Positions 60,710 through 64,000 of a stretch of 64,000 nucleotides of DNA are shown here, piece by piece. Source of the DNA: Phoronis australis. Lineage: Eukaryota; Animalia; Phoronida. Below the pieces are notes generated by a model. That model saw only the letters and a list, made by a program, of their open reading frames with translations, was not told the DNA's origin and made no database searches. Position 1 is the stretch's first letter, and each line of letters starts with the position of its first letter. The DNA lies in contig NMRA01000179.1 in the NCBI GenBank assembly GCA_002633005.1, positions 132,254 through 196,253 of the forward strand. The letters are read 5' to 3'. Made by a program: the position numbers and the translations under genes.

Positions 60710-62343
60710 CTGCAAAAGACAAGAAACGATAATTTGGCATCAGTACTTCCTGTCACACGATGAGGCACAATGCCATAATTAAATAAATAAAAGCACTCTG
60801 CAACACAGTCAAAAAAAAACTGCACTAAAGAGGACAGATGCATTTGTGGTAGTTCTCAAGATAAATTAGCGAAATTCTGGTAGACAGTGCTGACTTTGTT
60901 AGTCTGTGTTCCACAGTAATTTAGCAATGATAGGAAATTTTAATTGCGATAAAATATCACTGTTGTCAAACACTTTTGGCATCAAAACTTTCACTAAGTT
61001 TGGTACTGTCCAGATTGTTTTGAAAACTACTCTACGGGGGTGCAACCACAACGGGTAGCCACAACGGTTATATTGCCTGTAAAACATGGTCATAATTCCT
61101 GGAAACACCCACATATAAAAAGTTGAATTGTCTTTTTTGTTCTACTTTTGTGCAAACTCAACTTAAGTGTCTATCATATTATTCTGCATTAAAGTATATT
61201 ATGGTTTATGTACATGACTACGTAATCCTAGTTTGCACTTAGTGACCTCACCATTAAAGCCATGATTTCAAGTATGAACTCAAAGTGTTTACTCTTTTTA
61301 GCTCAAGCCTGCGGGTCATCAAATGAGAATGTGAACTAGAAACATATGCATGAACCATAATGTACTCGAACACAGAATGATAGACACTCGTCTTGAGTCT
61401 GGACAAATGTAGAATGGAAAATGCCAAAGATAATGTCAAGTTTAATTTCGAGTAAAAATAATTCGACTCTAGGCTCAGGTTTTGGTTTCTGTCTGGATAC
61501 AGTAGACTTTAGAAAAATGCAAATCTCGCGCAAATTAACTAGTTACATTTAGATCATGGACAGAATTCCGAAGGAAACCAGAGGCAGAAAATTTTCTCTT
61601 GATAGTGCCCACAAGGAACTACTTTCGTCCGAATGTGGCTACAGTGGATAACACCTCATTCGCATTTGGGATTATCAAACAAAACGTCAAGTGACATAGG
61701 GTTATAAACAGTACAACGGGTAAACAGTCAATCACTGTTACCTCAACAGAGGCTGAACCACTTTTGGTGTTGAAGATAACAATTAAAGTTGAATAGGAGA
61801 AATTGATCCGATAAATTTGAGCAGGACAAGGCATAACAATGTCTATAACTTTGCGAAAAACCAGTGAAAAAAATTGCTTCACACTACTTAACCCAATGAC
61901 ATTACAGTATAATGCACAATCAGCTGTTACCAATGGCAACAAGTTCAAGAGGTGACAGTAAGTAGACAGTAGTACAATTAAGCTCAAGTTATTACATATT
62001 GGTCACTAATTGATTAAATTTCTCAAATGCTTTTTGCAACAGGAGTATGTTTGCGATATACACAGATGGATTCAAATTAGAACATGAGGCGGAACCAAAG
62101 AATTTGCGGCGTGACACATGAATTTAGTTTTGTTCCCCTTTGTCTTCCATTCGTAATCCATATTTTTGAGCTCGGTCCATACATCAGTGCGAAATCTGTA
62201 CCAAAGTGTCTGATCCATACTAACCTACAGTATCCAACTAAGTGTTCACATAACTATTAAATCTCTCTCAAGCACCCCACCAAGAGTTGGGCGTGGAACT
62301 GTCAACAGAGCCTATGTACAATAAAAACTACCCGATTCCTTAC

Positions 62344-62567
62344 CTCCATTGTTTTCTGCTGGTCAATACCAAGACTCGTCATGAGCCGCAAGATCTGCTC
62401 GTTGAACTCGCCCAGTGCCTGGTTATGACCTATGACTGGACTGGAGGGTGTTGGTGACTTTGGCGGCCCACCCTCGGCATTCATCCACTTATGTCTGCGG
62501 ATCTGCTCAATGGAGTATCGCTTGCTAGGGTCCAGGACCAACATCCGGCGAATCAGATGTTCGCAGT
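62344..62567 (-). CDS. SIK2: Salt-inducible kinase exon (end of kinase domain and start of UBA/SNH domain)
   Basis: Encodes (D)[17 protein letters not shown]...HKWM...[22 protein letters not shown], closely resembling vertebrate SIK2 as I recall it. Acceptor ccaacag before 62567 and donor gag|gtaagg after 62344; phase 0 matches the next exon. Confidence 0.93.
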
Positions 62568-64000
62568 CTGTTGGCAAAGAGGAAATAATTAGCAATGCAC
62601 CTGAGGGTTGTGTATTGAAAAGTTAAGGGAAGGAAGACAATAACTTACATATCTATATACCTTTGAACTTTGATACTATGCTATAACCTGCTTTTAGTGT
62701 TTCTAAATTTTGAAGAATCGGGTTACTTCTGTCACAGAAAAAGGCTCCACAACCCAACCCTTGCCCACATAAACTGCCCAAACTAGACTTGGATCAATTA
62801 CAGTTGGTTTTAATCAAAGATCTTTTCAAACAATTAAGAGCCCTAGAGGCAGCAAACCTGTGAACTGAAGACGGTCACATAACGTAACATCTGTACAAAT
62901 TTCAAGCCCTTACTCAAACTCCGATGCACTCAGTATAAGTAAACTAACTTACAATTTAACATCGTAAAAATTGAGTGATAAGGCTATGGTACTTTACAGA
63001 TGGAAAACAAGTAATATGTTCCAGATTCTTAGTATGCAGCACTGTTGGATTTCGGGAAAACAAAGATGGCAAAAATTGACATGCATCAACAGATTAGGAT
63101 CAAAATAAAATATGTGTGAGAAAATAATAACAACGCCACTGTTTAAAGCAACTCTAGACCAGCCTTACGTCAAGGTAACTTTTGCAGCAGCCAGACCACT
63201 TACTGTGAAAAAAAAAATTGTCTCAACTTGTTCCTTATTCTGATGACAAGTGATTTTGGTTGTGCAAAGAACTGACAGTTGGTTGTTACTGACGACCATG
63301 CTTGGCATGTCAAATGACCTGTCGTGACAAGTAGACTTGTATAGACTGGCCTAAAACTATAGCCAACGGTCAGATCATTCCATGGCCAAAATCACATTTA
63401 TTCTGACTAAAGAACAATTTGAGAAGAATTTCACAAGGATAACTGATCTAAATCAAAAGTAGGATTTTGTGACACAAGTTATTCATGTCCTAACAAAACA
63501 ACAATCCCCTTTAATGAATCCACAAGAGTGTGCTCATTAGCCAGTGTCACATTTACAATACACAGTTGCATAACCAGCCTATCACAGGCTCCTGTGATTG
63601 AATAGGAACTATTAATACTGTTTTCATACACGCAGTTTGCAACCAGAGAAGGCAGTTTGCAACCAGAGAAGGCACAGAAGGTAATTTATTAGCTTGCGCT
63701 AAGCATGTCCATGAAACAAGAAAGATCGTGAAAAACATCTCATTAAACCAGCTACTGCATGTGAATCCATGTTTCTTTTGAACACACCAGGGCCCTGAAT
63801 GACAGGACAATAAAATCGAGGGGCAATTAAGCAAAACGTGACTGTTAACCCCAACAGATATGCACAAGGTCTGTATCTTAGCTATTTCAAACAAAAAAAT
63901 CAAAAACAATTACTGATTTCAGCTGCTCTTAATGATTGTGATACACATTCAATGAAGCTGGACATCTTTGAAGAAATGATGTGTAGCTCTTTTTGAAATC

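Overview
This is eukaryotic DNA from an invertebrate animal: it is AT-rich, has GT-AG introns and is dense in transposons, with no prokaryotic features. Three protein-coding loci are supported, all on the minus strand. Two are paralogous single-coding-exon receptors (38.9-41.6 kb and 50.0-52.4 kb) with signal peptide, LRR arrays, LRRCT, an Ig-like domain, a TM helix and a very short tail without TIR. The third is the 3' part of a salt-inducible kinase (SIK1/2-like; exons at 62.3-62.6 kb and 59.0-60.7 kb), whose 5' exons lie beyond the window. The rest is a mosaic of non-autonomous elements, often nested. These include two Helentron/HINE-like families (one carries a tRNA-like Pol III module and forms a ~1.6 kb inverted pair), TTAA-flanked Kolobok-like elements, pogo-, Harbinger- and hAT-like MITEs, RTE and LOA/I-like LINE fragments, a TIR element with a RecQ-helicase-like stub, and a degenerate ~145-bp array with CTCF-like motifs between the two LRR genes. 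All family assignments were made by eye from motifs; no database search was run.
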